A program made the position numbers and the translations under genes. Positions 12,260 to 23,484 of a DNA stretch of 64,000 nt are shown in pieces. Position 1 is the first letter of the stretch. Every line of letters starts with the position of its first letter. The stretch is from positions 186,001-250,000 of the forward strand of contig JAIVFI010000002.1 of NCBI GenBank assembly GCA_025558095.1, given 5' to 3'. The stretch comes from Hyaloraphidium curvatum SAG 235-1 (taxonomy: Eukaryota > Fungi > Monoblepharomycota). Below the pieces are notes generated by a model that did not search any database, was not told the origin of the DNA, and worked only from the letters and a program-made list of their open reading frames with translations.

Positions 12260-13189
12260 TCAGACCAAGTCACGAACAATCCACTGCTGTCTCCGCCTCC
12301 TCTTGCTCCGCGGTTTGACGGGCCTTTCTTCGCCGTCCAAAAGTGCCTCGTCCGCATGTTCCTCATTGCGACCTGCCTTGACAGCCCCTTCTCCATTACC
12401 GCCGCCCAACTCGAGCTCGTAGCTTTTGCCCTCCGTCAAGGCCCAACCGAAGAGCGAATACCTCGTCCTCCCCTCCTTCACCTCCTCCACGACGTGCCAC
12501 CGTGGCACCCGGAACGCCACCAGGCTGTTGAACTCGGGCACGTAGCGCCTCCCTCCTTCCGCTTCCGGGTCCTCGAGGTCCACCAGCCCCCCGCCGAACG
12601 AGGCGTCCCAGTTCCTCGTGAGGTGCAGGATCATCGCCACGCTCCGCGAGTGCTGTACCGGCGCCCCGTCGATCAGCACGTCGTGGAAGGCGCGGTCGTC
12701 GTGCGGGACTATGTGGTCGCCGCCAATGTACCGCGCCGCCGAGAGCGTGCACGGCATCCTCTCCTCGCCGTCTCCGGCCGGGTCCGGCGGCGCGAGGAAT
12801 TCGAGGACCTTGAAGGCGGGAGAGAGGGCCGAAATGGTGCCGTCGTGCTTGACGGACGAGAAGCGGTGCGAGACGTTGTTCCGGCTCGGGTCGTCCGGCG
12901 CGGCGGTAGGCCGCCACCGCTCCTCCGGGAGGGCCTCCAGGATGTCCAAAAGAGCAAGCGCTACATCCTCCGGCAGCAGATTCCGGATTTTGAGGAGGCC
13001 TCGGTCCCGCGAGAAGGTGATTTCGGGGCCGCCGGGCACGAAGCGTGGAGGTTCAAAGGCGCTGTCCGGTTCAAGGAGAGAAGCGATGGCCTCCTGGCAG
13101 GGCCCGAGGCGCGACGAGACGCGTCGAAAGGAGGATAGGAAGGTATCATAGGGCGAATCCGCGGCCCCAGACGGGCGTTTCCGCTTCAT
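12260..13189 (-). CDS. 2OG-Fe(II) dioxygenase (Tpa1/OGFOD1-like prolyl hydroxylase fold)
   Basis: ARYIGGDHIVPHDD (HxD), RSVAMILHLTRNWDASFGG, PEFNSLVAFRVPRWHVVEEV (distal His) and RYSLFGW. Confidence 0.85.
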   Translation of the reverse strand: MKRKRPSGAADSPYDTFLSSFRRVSSRLGPCQEAIASLLEPDSAFEPPRFVPGGPEITFSRDRGLLKIRNLLPEDVALALLDILEALPEERWRPTAAPDDPSRNNVSHRFSSVKHDGTISALSPAFKVLEFLAPPDPAGDGEERMPCTLSAARYIGGDHIVPHDDRAFHDVLIDGAPVQHSRSVAMILHLTRNWDASFGGGLVDLEDPEAEGGRRYVPEFNSLVAFRVPRWHVVEEVKEGRTRYSLFGWALTEGKSYELELGGGNGEGAVKAGRNEEHADEALLDGEERPVKPRSKRRRRQQWIVRDLV

Positions 13190-13402
13190 GTTTGCGCACT
13201 GTTTGCTTGTTCGGACGACGGTTGCCGACCACGACGAAGTAAGGCCACTCTCTGACCCATCGCAAGGCGAATCTGCGACCGATCGGACACTCAAACGAAG
13301 CCGACATTGACGACATATGAAGTATAGTGGATTGTCTTCTCACAGTCCACGTCACATCGCACCCGACGCCCCTGGAATGTGATAAGCCTGGTCCCGGTCT
13401 CC

Positions 13403-13864
13403 TCAAGCTTCCTCGTCGACTTCGGTCTCCTCCACGCCACCCTCTTCTGCGCCCTCATCCGAATCCAAGCCCTCGTCGTCCCCCTGAAGGTCCTCGTCCC
13501 ACACGGCGGGCTCCTCGTCGACGCTGCGCTTGCGGCGGTTCAGAGTCCTCGTCGAGCAGGCGCCGGCGAGCCACTCCATCTTGGGGAGGTGAGTGCAGGA
13601 AGCGGAGCAGGAGGCAAGGTCGGTCTGGTATGAGGGGGTGCAGAGGCATTCGAGCTGCGGGGAGGTCGGTCGGTGAGCGGGCGGGATACTTCCGGAAGCC
13701 GTCGGCCGCACCATGTTGGCCGCACCGGTGCAGGAAGTCTGCACGCTTTTGCAGGCGTCCGTCAGGCAACCTCCGGGGAGCGACGGGCTGCGCTGCTGGG
13801 CAGAGGCCGCCGGGGCAGCGAGCAGGGCCGCGAGCAGCACAGCGAGAGCCGCGAAGCGGGCCAT
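13403..13864 (-). CDS. Small secreted 8-Cys (CFEM-like) protein with an acidic C-terminal tail
   Basis: Signal peptide, eight Cys including CLC and CSASC, then RRKR followed by a D/E-rich tail. One probable in-frame intron. Confidence 0.7.
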   Translation of the reverse strand: MARFAALAVLLAALLAAPAASAQQRSPSLPGGCLTDACKSVQTSCTGAANMVRPTASGSIPPAHRPTSPQLECLCTPSYQTDLASCSASCTHLPKMEWLAGACSTRTLNRRKRSVDEEPAVWDEDLQGDDEGLDSDEGAEEGGVEETEVDEEA

Positions 13865-14070
13865 GTTTGACGGCGTGCGACGGCGAAAGCCGGGCAGCAG
13901 GGGCCCAGGCGCGGCCGGGTACAACTGTAGAGTGTTCTTCAGGCCCACGATGGCCTACCGGCGGGCCTGGAATCGAGTGTTTGAGGAAAGATTTGAGTCA
14001 CTCCGTTGGGGGTCCGGCGGCGCCGCGGGGGGCTGCGCACATAACATTCGCCGCCCGGTCGCCGGGAGCC

Positions 14071-15306
14071 ATGAGCGATGGCGGCTGCGTCGAAATTGCC
14101 GCGGGAGACGCAGGGCCGTCCGATGAAGAGGCAGCGCGCCCGCCCGCGTCGCTGGAGACGCTCCCGCCGGAGGTGCTCGCCCCGATTGTCGAGCGCGTGG
14201 CGGGCGGCCGCGCCTCGCGCCTCCTGCCGTTGCTGCTCTCGTGCCGGTTTCTCTCCGACGCCGCCGCCACCCACGCGTACGCGGACCTGCAGGTGGCGCT
14301 GGGCCACGCACGGGACGCGTCGCGCGGCAACAGGTGCCTCCGGGCACACGCTGCACTGGCTGCCGACCCGGCTGCAAAGAGACACTATGCGGAGAGGATC
14401 AGAGACCTGGACATCAGAGTGCACCTGGGCCCGGCCGAAACGCCCGTGGCCGGCGAGCTCTGCTCCTTCCTGGAGCGCTGCACAAAGCTGCGCAAGCTGA
14501 CGCTCAGCCTCCAACGATCTCCTCATTCACCCATCGTTGCGGGCCGCGAGGGGTCTGCGCCGGATCTCGTGAGATTGGCACTGGCAACCGTCGGCGCCAA
14601 CGCGCCGGACTTTCGTCACCTTGTCCTGAACGGCGTCGGACCCGTTCACCTCTTGTCTCACGGCGTTCCCGGAGCTTCTGTCCTAGGACGCACCGAAGTC
14701 CTTGAGATACTGGATTCGGAGATGCCCGCGGAACCTTCTCCAATCCCCTCCCCGGTTTTATTCCTGGCCGTGCGCCAGCTCGTCCTGGGCGCAGCCGCTC
14801 TCGACACGCCAGACTTTGGCCCCACAAGCACCCCCGTGCTGCTTCCGGATCTCTTCCCGAATCTCGTTTCCCTCTCCCTGGTCATACCCAGCGGCGAACA
14901 TCCCCCTCCTTTGGAATCGATCCTGCCGCGCTTCCGCAGCCTGCGGCATCTCGAGATCCGCGACGGGTGGAACGTACACCCGCGATTCCTGTCGCATCTG
15001 CCGCCGGAACTGGATGAAATCACGCTGCACTCCATCCCCCTCGGCGGCCCTTGGCTGGGCGAGCTCAAACGGGTGCGGAGCGCCAATCTCGACAACTGCC
15101 TCTTCGACGTCCGCGAGCTGTCGACCCTCGCGCGCCCCGCACCGTCACAAAACGTCGACGTGGCGCCGGAGCGGGAGCACAGGCTCGAAAAGCTTCGGAT
15201 TGTGCTCCACGACGCGCCGCTGCGGACGCGAACGAGGAGGCTGTTCGAGGCCTTCGCAGGCGGGGGTAGCATGGGCATCGAAGTGGAGGTCGTGTTCCAC
15301 TCCTGA
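14071..15306 (+). CDS. F-box-like/leucine-rich repeat protein
   Basis: SLETLPPEVLAPIVE..LLSCRFL F-box-like motif followed by LxxLxL repeats (CTKLRKLTL, PNLVSLSL, RSLRHLEI). Confidence 0.72.
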   Translation: MSDGGCVEIAAGDAGPSDEEAARPPASLETLPPEVLAPIVERVAGGRASRLLPLLLSCRFLSDAAATHAYADLQVALGHARDASRGNRCLRAHAALAADPAAKRHYAERIRDLDIRVHLGPAETPVAGELCSFLERCTKLRKLTLSLQRSPHSPIVAGREGSAPDLVRLALATVGANAPDFRHLVLNGVGPVHLLSHGVPGASVLGRTEVLEILDSEMPAEPSPIPSPVLFLAVRQLVLGAAALDTPDFGPTSTPVLLPDLFPNLVSLSLVIPSGEHPPPLESILPRFRSLRHLEIRDGWNVHPRFLSHLPPELDEITLHSIPLGGPWLGELKRVRSANLDNCLFDVRELSTLARPAPSQNVDVAPEREHRLEKLRIVLHDAPLRTRTRRLFEAFAGGGSMGIEVEVVFHS

Positions 15307-15431
15307 GCGCGCGAAAGATAGCGTAGCCAAGCAGATCCGTTCCAATTGCGTGGTTTCCACGTCCTCGACCGTGCAGCAGCCCCTCCATGTGCCCAGCGCG
15401 ACCCAGTCCAGCAGCATCGACTCGCGACAAG

Positions 15432-15857
15432 TCATCCTACCCCGGCCCCGATACGGCTCCCCCGCAGATCCCGGTCCACGCCCGCCTCGATATCACTGTC
15501 CTCGTCTGCGCCCGCCGGGCCGCCCAGTTCCTCCCCCTCGTCGTCCTCTCCGAGCGCGTGAAGCTCCTCCCCGCCCGGCCCCTCGCTCCGGCCCGCCCCC
15601 TCGGGCGGCAGCACCTTGTACCGCCCCTCGACGCGCATCCTCCAGCGCTCGTAAAAGTCCCTCTGCGCGGGCGGGGGAGTCAGCCGGGATTCCGCGGGTT
15701 GGGGAATCGGAGGACCGACCATCTCGTCGAGGCCGATACCGAACAGGAAACGCGCGGAGAGGATGGCGAGGAGGAGGAGGAGGCCGAGGGCCAAGGGTAA
15801 ATAGAATAAGACGGAGACGGAGGTCTTTGCCCGTCGGAGGAGGGCGCCGGGGGGCAT
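15432..15857 (-). CDS. Small hypothetical membrane protein
   Basis: ATG ORF with one hydrophobic segment (VLFYLPLALGLLLLLAIL) and coding-like codon usage. Confidence 0.5.
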   Translation of the reverse strand: MPPGALLRRAKTSVSVLFYLPLALGLLLLLAILSARFLFGIGLDEMVGPPIPQPAESRLTPPPAQRDFYERWRMRVEGRYKVLPPEGAGRSEGPGGEELHALGEDDEGEELGGPAGADEDSDIEAGVDRDLRGSRIGAGVG

Positions 15858-16060
15858 CGTTGGGTGAATAAGGTTGCAGCGGCGGACTCGCCCAACAGCA
15901 GAGCTTTCTCCGACTCTTGAGCAAAGGCCAGGCATCGTGCTTTCCTGTCGCTTCTAGCATTTTATGTCGTGGATGGATTGGCATCTGATCTGCCGTGATC
16001 GTCACAGCACCACGGAGGAGACGATGGTGGCCACCACTGCGCTCTCCTCGCTTAGTCGCT

Positions 16061-17609
16061 TCACACGTCTCGTACGCTACTAGTCAGCCTCTCCATCCCT
16101 GGCCGCCCAGTCTCCACCTCAGCAGCTGGATCGGAGTCACCCACCAGCTCCTCGACCACCTCGGGCACCAGTCCCAGCCCTCCCTCGCTCATCACCACGC
16201 TGAAACCGCTCCCCTCCCTCTCGTGCGGCCCGGGTGAGCTCGATATGATCCAAGGGTCCAGCAGCGCCGCATCAGCCGAGGGCCGTGTGTGCGGATCCGG
16301 GTCCAAAAGCCGCGCCAGGAAGGCACGGGCCGCCGGCGAGACCTCCTGCGAGTCCGGGAAGGAGAAGTTGCCGTCGCAGATGCGAGAATAGAGGTCCAGA
16401 TAGGAAGTCGAGCTCTGGAACGGCGTGGATCCGTAAAGTAGCTCGTAGAGCAGGCATCCGAGCGACCATAGGTCGACTTTGGAATCGTACGGACGGCCTC
16501 TGACGATTTCGGGCGCTAGATACTGCACGAATACGAAGCGGAACGTCAGAGAAGGCAGACTGAGTGTCGGTGAAGGCACTCACGAAGGGGGTTCCCGCCA
16601 GAGTCTTCATGCTCGCTTCTCCCAAAGCCGGCGCTTGCGAGGAAGCGACCGAGGATTGCCCGTCATCAGCCAGATTGGCTCGGCGGAAGAGCCGTGTGAG
16701 GAGGTCGTGCTGCGCGTCCGGGACTGGGCACAATCCGGCGGCAGCGGAGCCAAAGTCCGCCAGGCAGATCGAGGAGATGTCCTCCGTCCGGCGGAGGAGC
16801 ACGTTGGTGGGTTTCAGGTCCCTGTGGACGATCCCCTTGGCGCGCAGGAAGGAGAGCGTCGAAAGCATGATCGTGGCCACCTGCAGAGCCTCGGCCTCGG
16901 ATATGCAGCCTCCGCGGCGGACCGCGTACGAGCGGAGGTCGCCGCCTCGGGCAAGGTCGCACACCACGTAAAGCTTGTCCCGCGTCTGGAAGGTCTCGAC
17001 GTGACCGACCACGTGAGGGTGCGCAATGGCCTGCATGGTGGTCGCGAGCCGCAGCTGGTCCGCCCTTGCTGCCGACCGGCGCAAGGACTTCAGGGCAAAG
17101 TGCTCCCCAGTCGACATGTCCAGCACTTCCTTGACGTGGCCCTCGGCGCCGGCGCCGAGCAATCGGATGTCCTTGAAATTTTTCCGCCGCATCCTTCCTT
17201 CGCGGAAGCGCTCGGCATCGCGGAAATCGGGTCGGCCGGCGGGCGCGGAAACCGGGCTGGCCGGCCCGTCCTTCGCCGCCGGCGGGGGCTCTAACGGGTC
17301 CGTCTGTCCGAGCTGCAGGCCCAGCAGCCTCAGCTGGCCTTCAGAGCCGCGGCGGACCGGGTCGCCGCGCCAAGGGGTCCAGCGAAACTCGACGGAGGCA
17401 GCCGAGTGACGGCGAGGCAGCTCGGCCCGCGGAGCGAGCGGGTCCGACACGGAGAGAGACGGCATGCTCGGCGGCGTCGGGGCCCGCATGAAGGCGGCCG
17501 CGGAGGGGAAGGGCTTCGGCGTCGACGGTGGCCGCAGAAGGTGCGCTGTCCCGGGCGCGAAGGCGGCGGCGGCGGCGCGGGCGAGTTCGTGGGAGTTCGG
17601 CGGCCTCAT
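16061..17609 (-). CDS. Ser/Thr protein kinase (CAMK-like)
   Basis: LGAGAEGHV, FALK, HRDLKPTN, DFG, GTPF|YLAPE joined across a GT-AG intron (about 16523-16583), and DLWSLG. Confidence 0.92.
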
Positions 17610-18470
17610 TGCGCTGCGCAGTACATCGGCCTGGCGGGCCGAAGTGGAGCGCGCATCGTTGGCTTCGGTAGTGTGCCGGTGTTCTGTTCTGAAGAGGTTC
17701 TTTTCGGTGGTCCGGGCGGGTCCCAGAGCCTTGACGCGGTGACCTAATGGGACCAGCCTCCCTCTCCGGATGCATGTCAGGAATCCTAGTGCGGGCTCCG
17801 GAACCGGGAAACCTTTTCCACCATTGTATCACGGTTTTGGGCATCGCGCGGCCTGCAGAAAGTCCGGCATGCCGTCAAGTTTTGGCTGCCCTCACTCGCC
17901 GAGTCAGCATCCATCCGTCGGGGCTGACGCCATCCCTTCGAACTCCGCATCCAATTCTGACCCCAGACATCACATCGACGCACACATCGTCCTCCAAATG
18001 TGTGGTCGACGCAATGGCAGCATCGCCTCCGTCTCGAGCGCTTGTCGGTTGAGCAGCATTTAGAGATTCGGCGAGGCGGGCTTTTGCCACACATGGATTC
18101 CGACTGCTTTCAAGCGGGCGGTGCCAGAGTCGCCAAAAGCCACGATTCTGTGGAGTTGTGCCGTTGTACCCGGAAAGACTTGGCCTCATGGGCATGACAG
18201 CACCCTGCACGGGAGCCGGAAGCGTGGAACGCGTTGGTTACCGCTTGCGGCCGAAGCGGGCCGCCTGCCAGACTCCCTGCCCAGCACTCGGAGAAAGATG
18301 GAATCCAATTCGAACCGTGCTCGAAAAGTGGGGTTTGTACTCGATACGCCGCTAGTAGAATGATTCAAGCCTCGAGCAATCGGCTCCTTTGACGTGGGGC
18401 GTCGACGCGTGCCTGCCTCCGAACAACTGCAACAGCATAACTGCGCCGTGCGGTCCCGCCCGGCAATACC

Positions 18471-19733
18471 ATGATCCGAACGGTCTGCGTCGTCGGCCTG
18501 GGCTACGTCGGCCTCCCCACCGCGGCGCTGCTCGCCCGCGCCGGACTGCGCGTGCGCGGCGCGGACGTCTCGGCACGCGCCGTGGACGCCGTCAACGCGG
18601 GCACGTCGCACCTCGTCGAGCCGGGGCTGGCCGACGCGGTTTCTGCGGCCGTGGCGTCGGGCATGCTCGCTGCGACGCTCGAGCCGGCGGCGGCGGACGC
18701 GTTCGTCATCGCGGTGCCGACGCCACTCGACGCGGAAAAGAGGTCGGACATGCGGTACGTCAGGGCCGCCGCAGAATCGGTCGCCCGCGTGCTGGCAAAG
18801 GGGAACCTCGTCGTGCTCGAGTCGACGTCGCCGGTGGGGTCCACGGAGGCCCTGGCGGGCTGGGTGGCCGCGGCAAGGCCGGACCTCGCGCCCGGGGACG
18901 TGCTTTTCGCGTACTGCCCCGAGCGAATCCTCCCCGGACGGGCCCTGGAGGAGCTGGTATCGAACGCAAGGATCATCGGAGGCCTCACCCCGGAGGCCGG
19001 CGAGGCCGCTTTGGTGCTTTATCGGACCTTTGTGGAGGGCGAGTGCGCCCTCGCGACCGCGCGGACCGCGGAGCTCGTCAAGCTCGCGGAAAACAGCTAC
19101 CGGGACGTCAACATTGCGTTTGCCAACGAGCTGTCGCTCGTGGCGGACAAGCTCGGCGTGGATCCGTGGGAGGCGATCCGGCTGGCCAACCTACACCCGC
19201 GGGTCGACATCCTCAGCCCCGGCCCTGGCGTGGGGGGCCATTGCCTGCCGGTGGACCCGTGGTTCCTGGTGGAGAGCTGCCCGGATGAGGCCAGGCTCAT
19301 CCGAACCGCGAGGGAGGTCAACGACGCCAAGACGGAATGGGTGTTCGAGCAGGTCCGCGAGGCGGTTTTGCAGGTGCTCTCCTCGGACCCTTCCAGGAGC
19401 ATGTCCGGTGTCTCTGTCGCCGTGTTGGGCCTCGCGTACAAGGCGGATACGGACGACCTGCGCGTCAGCCCCGCCGTCGAGGTTGCGCTGAAAACTGCTG
19501 GCCTGGGCTGCCTGGTTTTGGCCGTCGAGCCCAACCTCACCGAGCTGCCTGGCAAGCTGGCGGGCTCCATGCGGCTCTGCTCCCTGCCGGATGCCGCCGC
19601 CGCCGACGTGCTTTGCGTGCTCACCAAGCACAGCAGCTTTGCCGGCGCCGACGGCCGGGAGCTCGTCGCGAAACATCCGCGGGTGATTGATCCCGTCGGC
19701 CTTCTTCGCTATAGCAAGACTGTTCGAAATTGA
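18471..19733 (+). CDS. wecC: UDP-N-acetyl-D-mannosamine dehydrogenase, bacterial type, intronless
   Basis: GLGYVGLP, IAVPTP, LESTSPVGSTE, YCPERILPG, KLAENSYRDVNIAFANELS, HPRVDILSPGPGVGGHC..VDPWF, ARLIRTAREVND and GLAYKADTDDLRVSP. All follow enterobacterial WecC as I recall it. 420 aa. Confidence 0.95.
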   Translation: MIRTVCVVGLGYVGLPTAALLARAGLRVRGADVSARAVDAVNAGTSHLVEPGLADAVSAAVASGMLAATLEPAAADAFVIAVPTPLDAEKRSDMRYVRAAAESVARVLAKGNLVVLESTSPVGSTEALAGWVAAARPDLAPGDVLFAYCPERILPGRALEELVSNARIIGGLTPEAGEAALVLYRTFVEGECALATARTAELVKLAENSYRDVNIAFANELSLVADKLGVDPWEAIRLANLHPRVDILSPGPGVGGHCLPVDPWFLVESCPDEARLIRTAREVNDAKTEWVFEQVREAVLQVLSSDPSRSMSGVSVAVLGLAYKADTDDLRVSPAVEVALKTAGLGCLVLAVEPNLTELPGKLAGSMRLCSLPDAAAADVLCVLTKHSSFAGADGRELVAKHPRVIDPVGLLRYSKTVRN

Positions 19734-19783
19734 CAGTAGAAATCTGCGCGAGTCATTTACGTTGCGAACCGCCTCGTTATACA

Positions 19784-22783
19784 TTAGTTGCCCCGAATAG
19801 TAACGTTGGGCACAGAAAAGCCCGGTGCTTGAACTGTCCGGCCCGAGGACGTCGAGGTCGCATTCTGGGTCTTGGCAGGTGTGATAGTTCCGGACGGTGT
19901 GTTTTGCGAAAGGTGCTGCGTGCGGGGCCATGTTGCCGGCTCGCCGCTCGTCGCCTCGCATAGCTGGACGAGCTCGTCCGTTATCTCGGAAAATGGCGGA
20001 CGATCCAGCGGATCCTGAGCCCAGCACCGCTGGATGAGGTTCCACAAGGCTTCGAGCTCATCAGGGAGGTCCGTGGGTCGCGGAGGCCGCTGGCCAAGCC
20101 GCAGGCTCGCTTGAACGACTTCTCGATCGATTCCGGCAAACGCCTTCTGGCCGCCGCTGGCGATTTGGTAGCACACCATGGCAAAGGAAAACACATCCGC
20201 GGGTTTGTCGGCCCCACGGCGCGAGAGGACCTCGGGGGCAATGTATCCGGGCGTACCCGCAGTGCTTCCCCTTGAGTGGTCGGAGAACTTTTCCAACAGC
20301 CTCGCGAGGCCAAAGTCTGCGATCATGGCCCGGTCATCCACGAGTATGTTTGCCGGCTTGAGGTCGCGGTGAACAATGCCTTTGCCGTGGACCTCCTCCA
20401 TGCCCTCGGCGACCTCTCTGAGCCTCTTGAGACCCAGATCGATCCGCCACTCGACCGACCCCATGTACTTTTCGAGATCCCCGTGGCGGGCAATGTCCGA
20501 GACGAGCATCGGCGGGTCCACGCACACCCCAATGAGCTGCAATACACACCGGTGGCGGATGCCGTCCCACTGCCGCGCCTCGCGGAAGCACTCGGCCATG
20601 GCCTCCGCGGAAACCGGACCCAGGTTCAGCACCTTGACTGCCACGGGGCGCCGTCCACGCAGCATCCCCCGGTAGACGGAACCAAAACCGCCGCCCCCGA
20701 GGCGTTGGGAATAGTCGACAACGACCTCGGAGGCTTCCAGCAAAACGAGCTGGTTGATTTCCGCACCGGCGGGCGGATTCAGGTCGGGAGCCGGCGGTGT
20801 TCCTTTCGCGACAGCTCCGGTCGGCCACTCGGGTATCGCAACCAGCTCTCCTTGCTCGATCTTCTCGGGCTCCAGGTCCGTTGAACGAGCATTGTGCCTC
20901 CGGCACCGCCTCCAAGCCCAGAGAGCGCCCCCCGCTGCGAGCAGGCCGGCTGCAATGCAGCCAAGAATCAGGAAAGTCAGCGAGACTGGTCCGATTGCGT
21001 CCAACAAAGAGCTGCCGGATTGAGGTGTCGGCACCGCGAAGATTGTCGAGGTTGACGAAGCAGCCGCAAAGGAAGTACTATCCGGCCGGGAAAGTGCAGT
21101 CGAAGCAGTCAGTGTCAATGAGAGCGATCGTGCAAGCGTTGATGTCGCCGCCAGCAATGCGGAAGACGATAGCGTTCGCGAGCTCGTAGCTACGGACGAG
21201 CTCGCAGAGATGCTCGTAGATGATTGGAGGTTTGCCGGCAGAGGCTGCACCGGTTCGCCAAGCACATCGGCAGAGCCCGATGGAACAGGAAGCGACTCGG
21301 CCAAGGCTCGAGCGGGGATGTTCGGAGCCAGCAGGTCCTCGGGAATGTTCAATGCTCCCGTCTCGTTAGATCCGAATCCCCAGATCAGGCCGTCGGATGT
21401 GAGGGCCAGCACGTGGTTGGTTCCCGCCGCCACCTGCACGATGCCCGTCACCTGCGCATCGTCTGCCTTGAAGGGATGAGCACCCCAGAAGCGCAAGGTC
21501 CCGTTGGCAAGGTGGGCGATGGAGTAAGTGTCCCCACATACCACGTCATGCGTGACTCCGTCCAAGCCTCGAGGAATGTCCGTCTGTCCCACAGCATTGC
21601 TTCCCCAGGCCCTGACGCTCCCGTTGCGCAGCAAGGCAAGTGCGTGTCCGTTGCCGGCGCAGATCCGGCTGGCTGCGGCCCCGAAAAGGCGGCGGATGCC
21701 AGACACGACGACCGAGTCATTGCTGCTAGACCAAGCCACCACCTCTCCCGTGTCGAGGAGGGAGACGACAAAGTCTCTGCCCGAAGCGGTCTGGCGAACC
21801 CACTGTCGTGCGTATGCTGGTACGATTGGGAATGAGCCGGAAACGGGTAGCATCTTGGCATCCTCCTGCACGACAAAGACCGTGCCGGCCCCGACGTCGA
21901 TATGGCGGGACTTGGTCACGTTGAACCACGAAAGCCCTCCGGCACCCCACATGGCTACGTAGCCGCCCCAAAGCATCGCCGCGGCCACGTTGCCTCCCGC
22001 GGCAACCTGTGTCCCGTAAAATCCAGCCACACCGTCGGGCACCGTGCTCTGGCCGACGTTGTTCCGGCCCCACGCCTCGATGAGCCCGGTGGAACGGACC
22101 ACGAGCGAGAATCCGCGTCCGGCAGCAACCTGCCGCACGGGAAAGCTGCCCAAAACGATCCTCTCGACCTTGCAGACCCCTGCAGAAACGCCATGGTGAG
22201 GCCCATCTGTTCAACTGCGGTCCAAGCACCGGAACCTACCGCCCTCGCAGTAAGCCAGCGAACCCGTGCCCGTCTCGGGACACTTTCGGCCACAGGAGCC
22301 GCAGTTGTTGTAGTCCGTCTCGAGATCGAAGCAGCACCCCTCCGGGCTTTCCTTGGTGCCATCGCAGGTCTTCCCGCGGCAAACGACGTCCGTGCAGCCC
22401 GAGCATCGTGCGCGGCAGCACCAACCCCCCTCGCAGCAGTTCCATCCCTCCGGGTGAGCTTCTCCCGCCTCGCGGCAGTAGCTGTAGCCGGGCGGATAGC
22501 AGCGGCCATCCTCCATCATCGTCCCGCGGGCGCCGCACGAGTCCCCGACGGGCTCCTGCGCGAAAGCATGCCCGGGCACGTAGTATGCCACGGCGGGGGC
22601 AACCGAGCAGAGGAGCAGCGCCGCGACGAGTGCGGCCGTCGATGCACCGGCCCACCCTCGCCCCGGGCGCCCGACGGCCCCGGGTCCGTCCCGCCGTTCC
22701 GCTTTCGGTCGTCCGGAACGAGATTCGGCACAAGTTAGGCCTTTCTCGCCGCCTGGTTGGTTCACTATGTTCATGTTCGTCAT
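19784..22783 (-). CDS. Receptor-like TKL kinase: signal peptide, Cys-rich (Stig1-like) domain, RCC1/BLIP-II repeats, S/T stalk, TM, kinase
   Basis: CFDLETDYNNCGSCGRKC exon joined by GT-AG intron 22180-22239 to repeats of the QVAAGxxHxLAL..WGxNxxGQ type. TM LTFLILGCIAAGLLAAGGALWAW, then GGGGFGSV, VAVK, HRDLKPAN, DFG and APE. Start codon uncertain. Confidence 0.9.
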
Positions 22784-23484
22784 GGGCCGGGGCTGGTGCG
22801 CAGGGACACTTCGGCTTCGACGCGCACTGCCACTCGGTCGTGAGCAATGCCTCCGCCTCAAAGCCGTGCCGCCAATATGGTTTGGCTTTCGCAGTCATGG
22901 TCAGATGCGCCGATCAGACGAGAAATGAAAGAGTTACTCATGCTAGTGCCGGGGGATCGGCCCGTCTTGCTCCCGAACGCGCGGACCCTGGCCGGAAACT
23001 GATCAGAGCGACGTACATAAGCCATCAGGCTTTGTTGTCAAGCAGTGCCTTTCGCGCCGGATTACCGCCCTGCGTTGGCCTCCAGTTCAGCTTCGACCCA
23101 CTCCCTTGCCTTCCTTTCCATCCACCGCCTCACTCGGGATAGCGACAACGTCCAGGGCGGTTAGGAAGTCGGGCATCTCGTCAAAGGCTATGCGGCCCGA
23201 GAGGCGGCACCCATCCGCGATGAGCAGCTTCGCGGCGCGTAACGAGTAAGGCTCTCCAGCGCAGCGCCATCGCCGACGATCAGGAAGGCAAACTTGGACT
23301 CGCATCTTTGCCAGCTTGCCGGACACCTAGATCAGCAGCTCCAGCCCTCGTATGCCTGCGAAACCGGAGCGTTGGGCTGCGGCTTGCGGGCAGGCAGATG
23401 CGCGGTCCCTCCTTTATCCCTTCGATTGGCGCCCTACATAAGGACAAGGACACCCTCCCCAGCAGCCAGCGCCGCCCTTGCGAC

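Noticed and set aside
21000-21230. Ser/Thr-rich low-complexity stretch as a repeat element
   Set aside because: It is the mucin-like stalk within the receptor kinase ORF, not a DNA repeat.
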